A stretch of 64,000 bases of DNA from Gracilinanus agilis. Lineage: Eukaryota. Location: contig NC_058131.1 of NCBI RefSeq assembly GCF_016433145.1, positions 658,483,394 through 658,547,393 on the forward strand, given 5' to 3'. Below the pieces are notes generated by a model. The model was not told the origin of the DNA, made no database searches, and was given only the letters and a program-made list of their open reading frames with translations. Below, one piece after another: positions 60,891 through 64,000 of the stretch (position 1 is the stretch's first letter; the number at the start of each line of letters is the position of its first letter). The position numbers and the translations under genes were made by a program.

Positions 60891-61944
60891 ATTTGTTAAG
60901 GATGCACACACATACATAGCTGTGTTCCATGTACTGAGAAATCATATTGGTACGGCTTCAGAGTATCTTATTCCTACTGCTGAAATGTGGCAACATAGAG
61001 ACACTGAGAGCTACCGTAGTACGGGTCAGACCTTAAGGCTGAGATGAACAATTGCTTCTATCCTGTCTGACCTTCTGCATGCTGCTTTGAGCTGCTAGGG
61101 GACTGGAGAATTGTTCAATCATTTGTATCGCTAGCACCTAGTGGAGTGCCTGGCATATAAACAATAAATGTTTTTTGATTGATAGATAAACAACATAATT
61201 GGATAGGATGTGTGACCATGCTTTCCTAGAACTCAAGGGTAATGCAAGGTAGCTTTTGGCAAAAGAAGTAGAATTTGCTGCTGGAATTTAATTCCTTGTG
61301 TTTTTTTTTAAATGTACTTTTGCAACATTATGCAAAATGTATAATTGAAGATACAGAGGAAATGTGGGTGTAGTTTTCAAGAAACCATCCATTTTTTTCT
61401 TATTCTTCACTGTTAAACTTCTGAACAGAGTTTGGATCTTGCTATCTGCACACATCCTAACCACTATTCCAATTGCTTCTCAATTCCTAAATTAAAAAAA
61501 AAATATTTTCAAACTAAAAAAAGTTTTCTTAGCCTCTGAAGCATTTGATGCTCTTGGTTATTGTCTTCTTCTTTATATTTCTCTTAGATTTTCCAGTCCT
61601 GGGACTACTCATTAGGGATGTTTTAAAAGAAAAGAAGAGGAAGTTCATGTTTAGGTATGAGAAAGAAAAAAATGACCTCTGGCATCTATATAAAAAGGCT
61701 ATGTTTCAGTGATTTTTAACTGTTCTCAGTAACCTACTTTCCATAAATCCTTTCCTGAACTCCCAGATATTAATGGTCCCCTCCAAAAATTATCTTGTGT
61801 GAATAGATTATTAAACATTTAGATGCTATGTGCCGACCACTGTTCTAAGAACTATGAAATTAAAAAATAAAAATAAATGAGTAAAGACATTTCTTTTACT
61901 CAGAGAATTCACTTTCTAATACGCAGAGATTATAATAACAATAT

Positions 61945-62190
61945 AGTCAGTTAGATTGTTCAGTGGTTAGAACACTGGTCCTGGAGTCAGGAAGACATGG
62001 GTTCAAATCTGGACTCAGATAATAGCTTTGCAAAGCAGGGAAAAAAAAAAACAAAAAAAAACTTTTGACTTCCATTTGCTTACATCCACTCAAGAAAGAA
62101 ATGGCAGTCTATTCCAAAGTATTTGCTAAGAAAACCCCATGCACAGTATGGCCCAGATGTTCCCAAAGAGTTAAACACGACTGAACAGAA
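61945..62190 (+). mobile_element. MAR1 CORE-SINE with an A-rich interruption of the core
   Basis: ctggagtcaggaagacatgggttcaaatctgg...aagaaagaaatggcagtctattccaaagtatttgctaagaaaacccc...gttaaacacgactgaa. Confidence 0.8.
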
Positions 62191-62699
62191 TCACAAAGAG
62201 CGAGCCAAGTAAAGATATTTTGAGATGTGCAATCATAGGGAAATAAAGAACTTCCAAGAATAATGGCAGCAGTATTTTGATTAAATTTCCAGAAATGAAA
62301 ATGTAGAGAAGATGATGTGTAGGATTGGGGAAGATATCCATCTGGAGAAACGGCTAAAAATAAAGAAAGCATCGTTTGGGCTCACCTGAGATAGTAGTCT
62401 CAGAAAAGCACTCACCGGCCAGCACCATCAGATGTGCCAGGGCATGGTTGGTTATTCATGTCTCACCAAGGAGAGAGGAAGGTTCTTGATTGAAGGGACT
62501 GATTCGTAATTGGTTTTGTATACTCATAACCTAGGACCACTCATTGCCTAATGAGGAGTACTTCATTGTTTGTTGTGGGATGAATCTTCCCACATACTGT
62601 CCCTTCTCCATACTTCCTCATTTCTACTGATGGTATAAGCATCAAAGTTTTGAGTTACTTTGGAGACTTTTAATCCTCCTCCTCCATGGCTAAACCTTT

Positions 62700-63350
62700 T
62701 ACCTCTCCACACTCTACCCTCATCCTAGTGCAATTTCTCATTCTCTCTCACTTAAGACTGTCATAATCCCCTCACACTTGATCTGCTCTACCTCTATGCT
62801 CCTTCTTCCTGAAATGACTCATAAAACTTCCAGAATACCCTATCTTGTATAATATATTCTATAACCCTTGGATTCATCTACTCAAACATGTTATGACTGT
62901 CTATTAAAACAGAGAAATAAATAATAAACAAACAAGCAAATAAATGAATGAATGAACTTTTAGCATAACTTTTAATGCCCCACATCTTAGGGCTCCGGAT
63001 ATTACTTCTCTTATTTCTTTTATTTCATTCTAATGCTTTTAGCCAATCCACATTCTCCATTACTTGCCACCTCATTTTATCTCTGCTTTAATTGAAACAA
63101 TATATATTTATTTTGTTTCTCTGCCTCTCTTCCTAATCACCTACCTAAAAGTGATTTCTTCATTCTTATATTTCTTATAAAACATTGTCAATTCCCCTCC
63201 TTTGTATTTGTCACTTTTTATCATAATTATTCTTACATGTGTCTTATTCTCATTCTTCAACACAAAGATTTTTGAAGACATAGTATCTTTTTTTTTCATT
63301 CTTGTATCCCTATTGCATTAGCCATAGCACAACATCTTAACCATTTTGTT
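62700..63350 (+). mobile_element. L2-like pyrimidine-rich remnants
   Basis: Pyrimidine-rich L2 pattern ending gatttttgaagacatagtatc...tcttgtatccct...gcacaac. Confidence 0.45.
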
Positions 63351-63351
63351 A

Positions 63352-63590
63352 CTGTTCATTCATGTCCAGGTCTTTGTAATCCCATTTGGAGTTTTCTTGG
63401 CAAACATAACGGCCATTTTTGCCATTTTCTTTGCCTGATAATTTTAGAGATGAGAAAACTGAGAACAACAGAGTTAAGTGACTTGCTCAGACACACACAG
63501 CTACTAAATGTCTGAGGCCAGATCTGAAACTCAGGAAGTTGAGACTCTAGACCTCTAGATCGAACACTAAGACACTTAGCTGCCCAGGTA
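63352..63590 (-). mobile_element. MAR1 CORE-SINE, reverse
   Basis: ctttgtaatcccatttggagttttcttggcaaa...gttaagtgacttgctcag...gtctgaggccagatctgaaactcagg. Confidence 0.9.
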
Positions 63591-64000
63591 TCATAACCAT
63601 AGTTGGTACCTAAGTTGTGCATTGAATTGAAGTGTTATTCCAGATACCACTGCAATTCACCACCTTATAAATTTTATCTTTGGATTGTCTCTGTACTAAC
63701 TTTGAGAACAGGTAAAGTATGTCTAATCCATGGCACAATTTTCAGGTGGGGGATACCATTAGCTGAAAAGTGTACATGGAGTGAGAAGAAAGGGAGGTGA
63801 AGAGAAAGGGGGAGCAGACAAAAGGGAAATATGTTTAAAAGAAAGAGGTATTGATCTACAACTTAAGACTAATGGAGCTACATGCATATAAGTAGTTTAA
63901 GTGATGTCTTAATACTACCAAAGACTATCAAAACAGTTTAAACAGTCTGCATTGGAAAATCATTTAGGATCTCACATAACAATAAAGAACAATAATTACA

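Noticed and set aside
62400-62520. Minus-strand exon ending at a strong CCG|GTGAGT donor
   Set aside because: No convincing upstream acceptor and no recognisable peptide
1-64000. CRISPR array, operon, prophage or other prokaryote-type system
   Set aside because: The sequence is mammalian; all recurring motifs are dispersed SINE/LINE/MITE copies or microsatellites, with no regularly spaced repeat-spacer structure

Overview
AT-rich, CpG-poor, repeat-dense mammalian DNA, most likely from a didelphid marsupial (Monodelphis-like). The evidence is multiple SINE1_Mdo-type tRNA-SINEs, MAR1 CORE-SINEs with RTE-type tails, and marsupial L1 3' ends. There are two assembly gaps (20758-20951, 45931-46476). 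I find no intact protein-coding gene; the ORF-track entries are transposon remnants, gap artefacts or chance frames. The one gene-derived object is a full-length processed pseudogene of POFUT2 (protein O-fucosyltransferase 2) at 51283-54454. It has a short 5' leader, an intronless disabled CDS (51345-52577), a ~1.9 kb 3'UTR-like segment, a variant poly(A) signal and a 13/15-matching target-site duplication, and it carries a hAT MITE whose sibling lies at 11534-11724. The rest is L1, L2, CR1/L3, MIR/MAR1/SINE1, hAT MITEs, one solo LTR with clustered promoter motifs (45161-45455), microsatellites, and several apparently unique blocks that look like conserved non-coding elements or small exons. 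I cannot support a claim of a new multi-gene biological system. The best second-look targets are the CpG-rich retrocopy with its junction-spanning ORF, a perfect 26-bp-stem palindrome at 42616-42673, the solo LTR, the hAT MITEs and the enhancer-like blocks. Repeat family names are from memory and need RepeatMasker/Dfam confirmation. Boundaries of old repeats are approximate.
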